This document shows positions 51,253 to 64,000 of a DNA stretch of 64,000 nucleotides, piece after piece. The DNA lies in assembly GCA_030390025.1 (NCBI GenBank), contig CM059430.1, positions 75,640,001 to 75,704,000 of the forward strand, written 5' to 3'. The position numbers and the translations under genes were made by a program. Each line of letters opens with the position of its first letter. Position 1 is the first letter of the stretch. This DNA is from Squalus acanthias (lineage: Eukaryota). The notes under the pieces are model-generated. The model worked only from the letters and a program-made list of their open reading frames with translations. It was not told the origin of the DNA and did no database searches.

Positions 51253-52013
51253 GGCCCGAAAATTAAACCTAATACGCGAGAGTACGCACTGTGTAGTCTC
51301 CCGTATCAGATCCCGAATTGCCGATTTCCTGCATGCACTGCGCATGCGCAGGACACCGGCACTTCGTGAATTGAAAAGGGGTCGGTTCCTAAGTGAACCA
51401 CGTGCGCACTACAGGCTGTGCGCACGCAGTGCACTTAGTTTTTTTTCAGCTTTGAACGCGCAGTTAAGTGCTGAAGATTTTAGACACAAAGAAAGCAGGC
51501 GTAGGACCCCATTTTAACAAGGTAAGTAGTTAATTAAGTGTTATTTTAAAATTTTTTCAACAGGTTTATCATTTTTAGAGACTTTAAAGAAAGGTAAGTT
51601 TATTTTTATAACTTTTAAAAAGATTTTAAATGTTTTCAAAAATTTAATTTTTTGTTTAAAGTGTTTAATTTATTTTACTATACTTATTTTATTAATGTGT
51701 TGGCATTTTTAAATTTATTTGAGGTTTAGCTGTTCTTTTGGGGATTTGTAGTATTCATAGCTTTGACAGCTCTTGCCGTCAAAACTATGAATGAAAGATG
51801 GTGTGCTGCCATTGGCTCTAACTGAATGACGTGATCACAGAGCGCGCACAAACTAATTGGGCCTCTGGGTCACGCAAGCACTGCACGGTTCCAACAGAGA
51901 GAGCCTTTGAAACTAAAGTTCGTGTGGGCCCGGAGCAAAAAGGTAGGCGCGGAGTGCGATATCGCGGGGAATCCTTACCCCCGCGGGAACCATCCATGTT
52001 TAATTTCTGGGCC
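51253..52013. mobile_element. MITE with 16-bp TIRs nested in a shorter palindromic element (~51144-52040)
   Basis: GGCCCGAAAATTAAAC ... GTTTAATTTCTGGGCC (14/16). Confidence 0.75.
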
Positions 52014-52239
52014 ATTGTCCCTTTTACACTACCGCCAAAATGATGTCTGTCCAACCTATCATATCATTCATAATTGTAAATACATTTAATGACCCCATAA
52101 TCTTCTCTGGTCTGATGAAACAGTTGCAATGTTCAGAAGTTGGTGCAGAGGGGAGTATCTTTGGGTAACTGGACAGTTCAAGGGGCTGGTATTCTATCAC
52201 AGGAACAGAACAGCGTTGTGCTACTATTACACTCAAATC

Positions 52240-53156
52240 ATGGGCTCAAAATTCGGGGGCTTAACATCACCCATTACTCGCAAAAGGTTGCGTAAAGTAA
52301 GCAGCTGCCGCTCTTTCGCCAGCTGGTGTCGAGTCCCGTGGCGTCCTCCATTTTCCCAGGCCCGACGGTGCTGCCGGTATAATCCAACTCCCTGCAAATT
52401 AAAATTAGTGAGAGGTGACATCGCCGACTTAATGTCAGCATGGCGAACTTAGACCTCAGTACTGAGTTCAGCGCTGGATCCTAAGCTTCGAGGTAAACCT
52501 ACTGTGCAGCAGACTGACAGTGGCGCTGTCAGCACCTCTTAAAGGGACCACTACATATTTCAGGTAATTTTACATTTAAGCTTTTGGACTTTGATTCTTT
52601 AATTTATTGAAGTAATAGCTTGCTGCAATACAAGTTAAAAGTTTTTTTTAACTGTGTAGGGAGTGCTGCTGGACGATTGCAGGACCTCTGAGAAGAAAGT
52701 AAATGCTGAAAATGCTCTGCAGGTCAGGCAACATTCGTGGAGATAGTAACATAGTTCACGTCTCAGGTCAAGATGCTGCCTGATCTGCTGAGTATATCCA
52801 GCATTTTATGGTGTCATTTTAGCTCTACAGCATCCGCTAGCCGAGGGAAGAGGGAGACGCAGGAGAGGAAGACGTAGGAGAGGAAGGAGCAGCAGAGGAA
52901 GAAATCGAAGAGAAGGAAGCCGAAAAGGAGGAAGCCAAAGAGAAGGAAGCAGATGCAAGGATGAATCCGAGACAGGTCCTTGCTGCACAGGATATCCAGG
53001 ATGGAATCATCTGCCTGTTGTACCAGTGACCAGAACCACAATATTCCCATCAACATTAGTAACTCACGTTACCTTACATCTGTTATTGACCATTACGGCG
53101 TCCACATGGCCACGATGCTGAAATAAAAGCCACCACGAAGCAAACTTTCAAATTCA

Positions 53157-53192
<36 letters not shown>

Positions 53193-54320
53193 CATTGAAT
53201 GTGACATCAAGACATCGACACATCAACCTTATGTATTCCCTTAGTGACTGTCTTGTGTGTGCCTTTGCCTATCCTACTGATGTCACGCAGTGCTACCCTA
53301 GTGGCTGCAGCATGGCTGGTGGAAGGCTGCTGACTTTCAATGAAGATCACTGCAGATGGGCTTGCTGGTCGCCCTTGAGGAGCTGGTGGCTGGGTGTGTC
53401 AAATCAAGTGACGGTGTTCCTTTTTCTTCTTCTGCTTCACTCTCCTTCCCCCTCTTCTTGGCCAACTATTGACTGGGCAAGCTGCATTTCTTTGTTGTGT
53501 GAAATGAAGAAGGCACAAGTGTAGTTTTGTCGTGGTTGGAGGGCGGGTTTGCAAGAGGTGCATGCCAGAAGAAGGATAACATATGAGGATACCAGCCCTT
53601 TGTATCCTTTCTGCCCCGCCATTGGCCAGGGGCTCAGCCATGTCTCTGTTAAGAGTGTCTTGCACTGTCTCCTCCAAGGGGTGAAGTGAGGGTAGGAATA
53701 GGAGATGTGCTTCGTGATTGGTACAGATTGTTGGTAGGTAAGTGATTGGTGGGGGGTGGGAGTTTTGCTTTCAGAAGTGTGTGATGCTGGTGATGCAGTT
53801 GTTAGGAGACGACTTTTGAAGATGCATTCACTGACGTTGAGCCTGTGGCCTGATTTTATGAGCTTCTTTCGGCACTGGAGCCAGGTGGTTGGTGCGATAC
53901 TGCTGGCAGTGACGGCCTCGCTGATCTGGTCCCGCATCCTTCTTTCTGGAGGGCCTCCTGGCCCCTGTGGGTAGAGAACATCTCATGCATTGTTGACACC
54001 CTGAAAAAAGCTGGAATGCTGCGTGTGAGACTCTGGGCGCCCATTCACTGGCTTGCTGAGACATTTGTGTTAGTGCTGAAGCACTTTTCCCATTTTTGGA
54101 TGTTCGGAAGGGAATTGAGCTTTAAGAGCTTGAGACTCCCATCTGGGTCTTCTTTTTTTTAAGGCAATGAGGGATAAAAACTGTATTTTTTCACTTAATT
54201 TTTATTTTTATTAGTTCAGAAGGCATTGCCCTTTTAATTTCCCTCAATGCCTAGCGAGCTCTATTGCCTCGCTTCCAGATGCTCGTAGAAACTGGAACGC
54301 TGCTCCTGGACGCGAACTTC
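52240..54320. mobile_element. Non-autonomous Harbinger-derived element, copy 2; contains a purine-rich run (~52845-52950) and (TA)n (~53159-53188)
   Basis: Collinear with 27600-29520; minus-strand MSQQASEWAPRVSHAAF and TWLQCRKK (Myb/SANT-like). Confidence 0.65.
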
Positions 54321-54701
54321 ACTTTTACTAATATTAATCATCTTAAACCTGCCACAATCGCGAGCTGTAAACCTGTTTAACCTTGATTGTACTGCTCAGT
54401 GAGGAATAGGCCCGTTCTTATCCCTAACGTTCGCTGTGATTGAACAGTAACGGACGGCTAAATCCCGTGTCACAGGAGCTTTTTTTTGTTTGTTAATTTA
54501 AATGGCCCGAAAATCAGGTCCCGCCGACCGGCGATTTCCCTGTCCGCGCTCACTGTCAAAAACTCTGACCCGGGAGTCCGCTCAATTGAAGTAACAACAG
54601 AAATAAATAACTATTTTGTATCTCAGTTGCTGCAGAGAGACGCGGATGCAAAGCCGCCCTCCGATGCAATAGCATTGACCAGTTCCAATAACAACCTTCA
54701 G

Positions 54702-54790
54702 GGATAAACATTGAAGGAGAGACAGCATCCGGCTGGGAATCAGAACAAAGAGACACAGATCGCCCACAATTGAACAAAAAATACATCACG
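54702..54790 (+). CDS. Gene B putative cytoplasmic exon
   Basis: CCTTCAG| phase 1, open and hydrophilic: GINIEGETASGWESEQRDTDRPQLNKKYIT; weak donor |GTGCAA. Confidence 0.4.
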
Positions 54791-56719
54791 GTGCAACAAA
54801 TAGGATGAATCTGGTTTTAGTAATCAGGCAGTTTTTAAAATGGACGCCCGATTCGCAACGCCAGTTTTAGGCCGGGCAGCATGTTGGATGCCCAATCCAC
54901 TGGTTGTCGTCTGGTCTGTTTATAGCAGCTCCGGGCCTTATTTTTGTCATGCTTTTTTAGTTCCATTGACAGAATATGTATTCCAATGTTACCCGCTATT
55001 AACAGAAGTTGCACGTGATGAAGTGTTAACATTATAAGTTGTGACTGTTTCCAACCTATTTTACTCATTTGTATTCAGCAAGATTAAACTACTTGTAATA
55101 ATTTTTGAACACCGTGTGTAGTCTAATCATTCCTGACATCTGGGCATGTTAAATTTGAAGCTAACTATCAGCTAATGTTCGATACATGTGCAGAAGTAAA
55201 TTTCAATCTCAAACATGGTTTCATAATATTGGGCTAAGAAATGTTCCAGTTCTTATGTGACTGTTCTTTCCTAAAAATACCTAACAGAATAAATCGCGGA
55301 GAACCTGGCGACAAGATGAATTTTGGTACCCTTTAAAACAGTTCGCTTTCTGGGGAAAGATTTACTGGTAGCTTTACGCGATGGAATGGCTGATGGTTCT
55401 TTGCTAAAGGTGTTTAGCATATTGTTGCACAAAGCGCACACAGAAAAGGTATACGCAATTTTTAAATATAAATTTCAGTTAAAACATTATACCTGCATTA
55501 TACATCCTGGAGACATGTCTGTTGGGCATCTTGGGGAGTTAAGGGTTAACAGTCAAACTTCTTTACATCTTAAAGCATCAGGCTTTCCAAGATATAAACA
55601 GGATGGATTTGTGGTGTCGTAAGGTGAAAGTGTGGCTTGTGTTCTGATATGTAGAGTGCTTGTGTAAGGGAATAAGTGATAGTAATAAAATATAATTTTA
55701 GTTTTCAGGTAGCAAAACGGGTAGTGAGTCCTTTTGCTGAAGATAACAGTAGGTAAAGGAAGTCTTGTTTAAAGGAAGTGGTTCTGAGGTAAACAATGGC
55801 AAACTGTTTGCATACATAGTCTGTTTTCAGAGGATTTGGGAAATAGATAGGTTATTTTGATATTTTCCTTTGATGTAGTCAAAATATGGTGGATAAAGGA
55901 AGATGGTTTTCAACAGTTTGTGAGAGTGTACTCGAAAGATACAGAAACCCAACACCCAATCACTGTATACAGTTAATGACCGATCACATTTCCTCTGTAT
56001 CGTAATATAGGAAGTATCGGAACATAGGAACAGGAGTAGGCTAGTCAGCCCCTCAAGCCGGTTCCACCATTCAATTACAACATGGCTGAGCTGGAACTTA
56101 ACTTCTTCAAACCGTCTTGGTTCCGTAACCCTTAATACATTTGCCCAACAAGTATCTCAATTTTCTCCTCATAACTGTAATTTCTAATCCCTGGCATCTC
56201 GGTGTATCCATTCTGTGCGCTCTCCATATGATATGAATGACTGAGCAGAAGTTTCGTGCTTACTCGAAACGTGTTGTTGTGAACAAGACGAGAAAGGAGG
56301 TAACCTAACACCAATGCTTACCCATAAATCTTTTTGAACCAGTTGTATAAATTGTGTAATAATGTTGTTCAAAAATATTGTAATATCCTGATTGTGAAAC
56401 TGGATTTGTCGCTATTGTTTGGTTCCTTCAGCTCGTGCAAAAACAACTTCTCAATAAAATATTTCTGAAACTGCAGATTAAAAACCCAAGCTCGGCATCA
56501 AAAGGTTATTGTTTTCCTATTCATCTCCTCTTCTGTTCAAACTTGGCGCTGCACTGCTCTCTGACATTATCTTTCATTTGAGAACATTAGTATCTGCTGA
56601 CAACACTCCAAACTCATCTCCCTAAGAAGAGTTCGTTTTCCAAAACCTGAAAATATCAAAGATCTCAATAAAGAAAACCAGGCGGTGAGAAACTGATCTC
56701 TCCCCACCCTCCACCCCAT

Positions 56720-59700
56720 GTCCAACGTGGACAATAGATTTGTTTACATTCTGGAGCCATTTCGTTACACCTTGGTAGAACCGGGACCAATATCCTCGCA
56801 GGGGTGGGGGGGGGGGGGGGGGGGGGGTTGCTAGTGCTGTTTAAAAGGATTTAAACTAGTTTGTCAGGGGGATGGGAACCTAAGTGTGGGTCCAGAACAG
56901 ATAGAAACAAAGCTGGAAGTGCAAGTTAGAAAATAGTCAGGAAAACTAGTAGGAAGCAGAAACAAAGGCCAACTGTAAAGTAGGTCAAAGTGCAGAAAAA
57001 TATTAAACAGGCAAAGTTGAAGACACTTTATCTAAATGCAGGTAGCATTCGCAATAAAGTGGATGAGTTAATGGCACTAATAAAAGTAAATGGGTATGAT
57101 GTAACTGCCATTACAGAGATATGGTTGCAGGGTAACCAAAGCGGGGAACTGAATGTTCAAGGGTACGCAATATTTAGGAATGGCAGACAAAAAGGAAAAG
57201 GAGATGGCGTAGTGCTGTTAATAAGGGATGAGATCGGTACGGTAGAGATAAAAGATTTTGGCTTGGCAGATCGTGATGTAGAACTGGAATCAGTTTAGGT
57301 GGAGCTAAGAAACAGCAAAGGGCGGTAAATTTTGGTGGGAGTTGTTTGTTGGTCACCAAACAGTAGTAGTAATGTAGGGCACAGTATCAATCAATAGATA
57401 AGAAGTGCATATAACAAGGGCAATACAGTAATCATGGGGAACTTAAATCTACATATTAACTGGGGAAATCAAATTACCACTAAGTTTGTGGAGGACGAAT
57501 TCTTGGAATGCATGCTAGATAGTTTCCTGGATCAGTATGTGGTGGAACCAACCAGGGAGCAGGGTATTCTGGATGTGGTAATGTTTAATTAGAAAGGGCT
57601 AATCAATAATCTTGTGGTAAAGGGGCCTTTAGGGACAAGTGACCATAATATGATTGAATTTTATGTTAAGTTTATGAGTGATGTAATCCAATCTAAAACT
57701 AAGGACTTCAATTCAAACAGAGGAAACTACAAGGATATGAGGGACAAGTTGGCCATGGTAGATTGGGAGACTGCACTAAAAGGTATGAAGGTGGACATAC
57801 AATGGCTAACATTCAAGGAAATAATGCATAATTTGCAACAAACATATATTCCTCTAGGATATAAAAACCCAAAAGCAAAAGTGATCCAACCATGGCAAAC
57901 AAAAGAAAGTAAAGTTAGTATTAAGTCAAAGGAGGAAACTTAGAAAGTTGCCATAAAAAGCGCTCAGCCTGAGGATTGGGATCTTTTCAGAATTAGCAAA
58001 GGGGGACCAAGAAATTGATAAAGAGAGAGAAAATGAAAGATGATCACAAACTAGCGAAAAATATAAAAACGGATTGTAAAATCTTCTATCGCTATGTGAA
58101 AAGGAAAAGACTGGCGAAGGTAAATGTAGGACATTTACAGTCAGAGACGGGAGAATTTAAAATGGGGAATGAGGAAATGACATGGAAATTAAATAAATAC
58201 TTTGTTTCTGTCTTCATGGAGGAAAACACAAAAAAACTCCCAGAAATACGAGAAAACCAAGGGTGTGGGGAGAATGAGAAACTTAAAGAAATTTTTATTA
58301 GTAAAAAAACATTACTAGCAATATTATTGGGACCAAAAGTCGATAAATCCCAAGGATTGAATGACCTACATCCCAGGGTTTCGAAAGAGGTGGCCATTGG
58401 GATATTGGACAAATTGGTTGTCATCTTCTAACATTCTATAGATTTTGGAACGGTTCCTGCAGATTGGAGGACAGCAAACGTTACCACGCAATATAAGAAA
58501 GGAGGGAGAGAGAAAACGGGGAACTACAGATCTGTTAGCCTCACATCAGTAGTTGGGAAAATGCTGGAATCTATTATAAAGTATGCAATAATTGGGCACT
58601 TAGAAACTAATAGTAAGATTGGGCAGAGTCAACATGGAGTTATGAAAGGGAAATCCTGTTTGACAAACCTATTGGAGTTCTTTGAGGATGTAACTAGTGG
58701 AGTAGGCAAAGGGGAACAGGTAGATGTGGTGTATCTGGATTTTCAGAAGGCCTTCGATAAGGTCCCACACAAGGTTTTGTGAACAAAATTAGGGCACATG
58801 GAATTGTGGGTAATATACTAGCATGGATTGAGAATTGGTTAACAGGCAGATCAAAAAGAGTAGGGTAACTGGGTCTTTTTTAGGATGGCAGTCTGTGACT
58901 AGTGGGGTACCGCAATGATCGGTGCTTGGGCCCCAGCTATTCACAATCTATATCAATGATTTGGATGAGGGAATTAAATGTAACATTTCCAAATTTGCTG
59001 ATGGTACAAAGCTAGGTGTCAGTGTCAGTAGCGAAGAGGATGTGAAGAGGCTTCAAGGGGATCTCGACGGGCTTAGTGGGTGTGCGAGAACATGGCAGAT
59101 GGAATATAATGTGGATAAATGTGAAGTTATCCACTTTGGTAGAAAAAACAGCAAGGCAGAGTATTTCCTAAATGGAGAAAGAATGGGGAAGGCAGATGAA
59201 AAAGGGACCTGGGTGTCCTTGTACATGAGTCACTGAAAGTGAATGTGCAGGTGCAGCAAACCATTAGGAAGGCAAATGGTATGCTGGCCTTCATTACAAG
59301 AGCATTTGAGTACAGGAGTAGAGAAGTATTTCTCCAATTATATAGGGCCTTGGTGAGACCACACCTGGAGTACTGTGTACAATTTTGGTCTCCTTACCTA
59401 AGGAAGGATATACTTGCCATAGAGGGAGTGCAACGAAGGTTCACGAGATTGATTCCTGGGATGGCAGGACTGTCGTACGAGAAGAGATTGAGTTAACTAG
59501 GCCTGTATTCTCTTTAATTCAGAAGAATGAGATGGGATCTCATTGAAGCATACAAAATGATTGCAGGGCTTGATAGGGTGGATGCTGGGAGCATGGTTCC
59601 CTTGGCTGAGGAATTTAGAACCAGGGGCCATAGACTCAGGTTAAAATGTGGTCTATTCAAGACTGAGATGAGAAGAAATTTCTTCACACAGAGGGTGGTG

Positions 59701-59928
59701 AATCTTTTGAATGCTGTATCCCAGATGGCTGAGGAGGCTCAGACATTGGGCATATTCAAAACAGAAGTCGATAGATTTGTGACTAGTAAGGGCATCAAGA
59801 GATATGGCGATAAGGCCGGTGAATGGAATTGAGGCAGAAGATCAGCCATGATCACATTGAATGGCGGAGCAGGCTGGAAGTGCCGAATGGCCTACTCCTG
59901 CTCCTATTGCTTATCTTCTTATGTTCGT
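56720..59928 (+). mobile_element. Near-complete CR1 ORF2 (endonuclease + RT) with the ORF1 end, decayed; poly-G at ~56800-56828
   Basis: [54 protein letters not shown], 3' tail. Confidence 0.95.
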
Positions 59929-61309
59929 ATATAACCATATACTAAATAATGCGCAGTATTGTGAGTGAGACTGCCAGACTGTCACGGCTGTTTCATATAC
60001 ATTGCAATACACAAACAGGCAACATAAGTTAGATGGATACGATTTGATATTCTACAAATTCTAGGGCATCAAGATTTCTATGGGCTGCCGCTCATTAGTC
60101 AATCCTAACTGCCAACCAGATTTCGCCATCATTCCGCCTTTGAAACTGACCGCAACTTCTGGATTTGGCAGGTATGTAGGCGGAAATCCCGAGGTTGCGG
60201 TCAGTCATTAACAGCTCAGACACAGGCTACGCTGTGTCCACCCGCTCAACAGAGCCAGCAATCCGTGTAATCAACCAATACAGGGAAAGTGATCAAAACT
60301 TCAGTTATTCAGCAGGAAGTACTTTGTTAAATTCCCCACTAAAATTTAAGCCCAAAGGGATTAGGTGCAGCTGGGGTTTTAACAGCATTATCAATGCTAA
60401 ACAAATGTTAAGGGACTCGAAAACCAGTTTTCATTTTGTGCAGTATGAAATTTGCCCATTTTAATAAAATATGAAATTGAGAAGAAAATTAAAAACAAAT
60501 CTGTTTTAAAGTTTGTCCATCCTTATTTCAGGTTTTTAATTCACCATCTTAGAGCCTCAATCTTTGTTTCCTCCCTTTAACAATTTAAAAATAATAGTAT
60601 TTCAAGAGCTTACTCACTTCCTCGTTCGCTGTCTGAGAACTGTGTGTTTTGATTGGCTGCTCAGACAGCTAGTGACGTCACAGCAGTTCGCACAAGGGGA
60701 ACCCCACTACAGTTCATTAATTTGAATTGCGCTATGGGAACCTCGAAGTTCTCGACATATGGATTGCAATATCCTTGTGTGAAGCGTACTCCGGGGCCAG
60801 CAGCGAACGCCTTCACTTCGCTGCTGACCACGAATTCCGGGAATTATTTATTATTTCTACTAAAGTTAGCACAACTTTCAAAACGGGAGCTGGAACTTCC
60901 GGTTTCATGTAGAGAGAAAGTTAGGTGATTGTACATGAAGCGGTTTTCATCCTAAATTATTTCAAATGTAAGGATATACATACGAGCATTTTAATCTATT
61001 AAATGTCATCATTGGCCCCATTTTATTCTGTCGTTCTAAAGATACATACAGAAATAGTTGAAAGTGAGAGCAGCACTTACGCAACACACATGGAAACATT
61101 TTTCAATATCTGAGACAGTAGGTCAGAGGCATCCGAATAACAAGTGACCTGTGCATTGTGAAACAAGGTATTCTTTAAAAGATACCATCAGCTGCAGTGA
61201 ATAGTAAAAAAAAAATCTGCTTTTACCTCTTCGACCCAGCGTATGTTGCGACATCGTACCAGCATAGTCTATACTTTTGTACCAATTAACTGATTCTATC
61301 TAAACTAAC

Positions 61310-61620
61310 TAACTAAATCCAGAAAACGGGAGTTGACACACCACATCGACAATTTGAGAATGTGAATTCAGTTTAATAAAACCTGTAAACAAAAAGCTTA
61401 TGTTAGTAAAATTAACCACAAAGCTGTCGGATTGGCGTAAAACTGGTTCACGAATGTTCTTTGTGGTAGCAAACCTGCCGTCCTTACCCGGTCTGGACTT
61501 TATGTGACTCCCATCCCCTACTAACTTGGTCGACTCTGAACTTTCCACTGAAGTATCCTATCAAGCGATGTGCAATAAATGTTGGCCTTGTTCAGCGATG
61601 TCCGCGTCCTGAGAATTAAT
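61310..61620 (+). mobile_element. SINE-like fragment
   Basis: Body motif CTGCCGTCCTTACCCGGTCTGG..TATGTGACTCC recognised as a short interspersed repeat; family not determined. Confidence 0.4.
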
Positions 61621-62229
61621 AAGAAACATGACAACATTCATAGGCTGGCCGTGCCAGTGTGCGCCACTCACAGATACCTTTTTTTATTATGCAGCGGTTG
61701 AACACGCAAAATGGCGAGAAATCGGCGTACACTTCATTTCCCTCATTTACCCATCATAGCATCCAACTGAACTTGGACAACCCCAATGTCTTTGCCTCCA
61801 ACTCCTTGGTCAGAATATGCTGCTTCGCCGCAGCAGTCAGACGACCGAGCAACCATGGAGAACCTTATCGGAAAATTGTAGGTTATAATGCTCAACTTCA
61901 CAAAGAACCCAAATGGTTTTGTCACTTTTTGCTGCAGCAAAGGTGTAACTTCAAGTATATAAACCTTGCCAGTTGCAGGTGATTACTCCAGACTAGTCCT
62001 AAGAGTGGACTACAAGAATGAACTATGATCACTTATTTATGAGTTAATTGGACTGATTCTGCCAGTAGGGCACCGGATGTGTCGGCATGTTATGCTGGCC
62101 GGGAGGCTGTGGGCCCATAGTGACTGAATTCGCTTCCAATAATTTAATGGATGGACTTTCGACCCGCGATTCTCGTGGCAGCTTGCATCATTCTGTGCAG
62201 GAAGCACCCAAACACGGTATCTGTCCTAG

Positions 62230-62805
62230 CATAGAATTATAGAATCATACAGCATAGACGAAGACCTTTCAGTCCATCGCGTCTGTGCTGGATCTTTGGA
62301 AAAGCTATCCAATTGTTTTCACTCACCTGCTCTTACCCCATATCCCTGCAAAATTCTCCTTTTCGAATATATTCAATTACCTTTTTAAAGATAGTATTGA
62401 ATCTGCTTCCACCACCATTTCAGGAAGTGCTTTCCAGATTATAACAAATCGCTGGATTTTTGATAATTATCTTAAATCTATGTCCTCTAGTTACTGACCA
62501 CAATGTCAGTGGAAACAGTTTATTCTGATCTACTCTATCAAAATCCCACATGATTATCAACACCTCTATTACATCTCCCATTAACCTCTCTGCTATAAGG
62601 AGATCAATCTGACTTTCTCTCATCTCTCCACACTACTGAAGTCCCTCATCCCTGGTACCATTCTGCTGAATCTCCTCTGCACCCTCTCCAAGGCCTTGAG
62701 ATCCTCCCTAAAATTTGGTGCGCAAAATTGGCCACAATACTCCAGCTGAGGCCTAATCAGTGATTCATAAATTTTCAGCATAACTTCCTTCCTTCTGTAC
62801 ACTAT
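62230..62805 (-). mobile_element. CR1 3' fragment
   Basis: LIRPQLEYCGQF, ALERVQRRFSRM. Confidence 0.85.
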
Positions 62806-63514
62806 GACCGGAATGATCCCGTTGCTAAGCGTGAGGGTTTGGGGGCGGATCAGCAGTTAAACTCATGGAAATTGACAGCGCGTTGGCAACCCGCCGTCAT
62901 CCCGTCGACTTCTGCATTTAACTCGGGTGCGTTTGGAGATGCGCCACAGACCCTCTCGGGAGAGGCGGGCGACCTCGTTCAAGTACTTAAATGCTTGATG
63001 AGAGACCCTTAAGTGGGTTTTTAACAGCAGCTTTTGGCTTTAACTTCAGGAGCATGGGTTTCATGCACCTCGGTAACCTCGCCTGTGAAGGGGAGCTGGA
63101 AGCTCAGTGGCCTTTGTGCGAGTCCATTAATTGAGAGCCTGGAAAAATACATTGCACCTGATTACTGAACAAATGGAAACGCTCTTCCTGGCTCCATTTT
63201 GTGCAGAGATTTATCTGTCAGCAGTTTGCAGCTCATTTCTGCAATCTCGGAATTCACTCCCACCACATTGCTAGTCGCTATGGTTGAGGGATTGGCCCTT
63301 TAATCAGCACTTTACCTGCCATCTATTACATCAGCATGTGTGCCACTTATGCTGTCTCACCTTGGACCTCAGAATCGGAACAAGATGAGCCCCAGCAACG
63401 ACAACACCAGCAGCAGCAGCAGCCACAACACCAGCCGTCTCCTCACCATCCTGATGCTGCAGAGGAGGCAGTCAGCACAGGGCTGCACCACGCCGGAAAC
63501 GATGCCCCATCGAA

Positions 63515-64000
63515 TCATAGAATCATAGAATGGTTACAGCACAGAAGGAGGACATTCGGCCCGTTGAGCCCGTACCGGCTCTCTGCAAGAGCACTTCAGC
63601 TAATCCCACTCCCCGCCGTTTCCCCGTAGCCCTGCATTTGATTTCCTTCAGGTATTTATCCAACTCCTTTTTGAAAGCCACGATTGAATATGCCTCCACC
63701 AGGCTTCCAGGCAGTGCATTCCAGATCATAATCACTCGCTGCGTAAAAAGATTTTCCTCATGTCCCCTTTGGTTCTTCTGCCAATGAACTTAAAACTGAG
63801 TTCTCTGGTTCTCGTCCCTTTCGCCAATGGGAACAGTTTTTCTCTACTACTCTGTCTCGACCCCTCATGATTTTGAATACCTCTATCAAATCTCCTCTCA
63901 ACCTTCTCTGCTCTAAGAAGAACAACCCCAGCTTACCCAGTCTATCCAAGTAACTGAAGTCCCTCATCCCAGGAACCATTCTTGTAAATCTTTTCTGCAC
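63515..64000 (-). mobile_element. CR1 3' end inserted in a Harbinger 5' fragment (~62805-63510)
   Basis: QKRFTRMVPGMRDFSY, RRLRGDLIEVFKIM; ATCATAGA-repeat tail. The upstream Q/H-rich stretch resembles the transposase N-terminus near 33000-33200. Confidence 0.85.

Noticed and set aside
55288-55371. Candidate terminal exon for gene B (NKSRRTWRQDEFWYPLKQFAFWGKIYW*)
   Set aside because: Phase fits, but the acceptor is weak and there is no similarity to gene A's tail; not supportable without cDNA.
63336-63629. Poly-Q ORF
   Set aside because: Chimera of a Harbinger low-complexity N-terminus and an antisense CR1 tail.

Overview
Repeat-dense vertebrate genomic DNA. The repeat mix (many CR1 LINEs, L2, Penelope/GIY-YIG, Harbinger elements and their MITEs, tRNA-type SINEs) suggests a cartilaginous fish; this is inference. 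Most ORFs in the track are decayed transposon fragments. The host content is a + strand cluster of immunoglobulin-superfamily genes. (B) An apparently intact V(J)-C1-TM receptor with exons 47245-47565, 48910-49218 and 50669-50782; its V exon already encodes a J-like G-strand and has no RSS. (A) A dead paralogue at 20651-~30620: its V exon has lost the YYC motif and its C1 exon is split by a Penelope insertion with a target-site duplication. (C) A heavily decayed, compact V-Ig-C1-TM remnant at ~12929-14069, invisible in the ORF track, whose TM resembles TCR alpha/delta/pre-T-alpha. Also present are a solo LTR with a 4-bp TSD and nested TE insertions. TE boundaries are approximate unless a TSD is given. 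Leader and cytoplasmic exons are tentative. All alignments and identity counts were done by eye.
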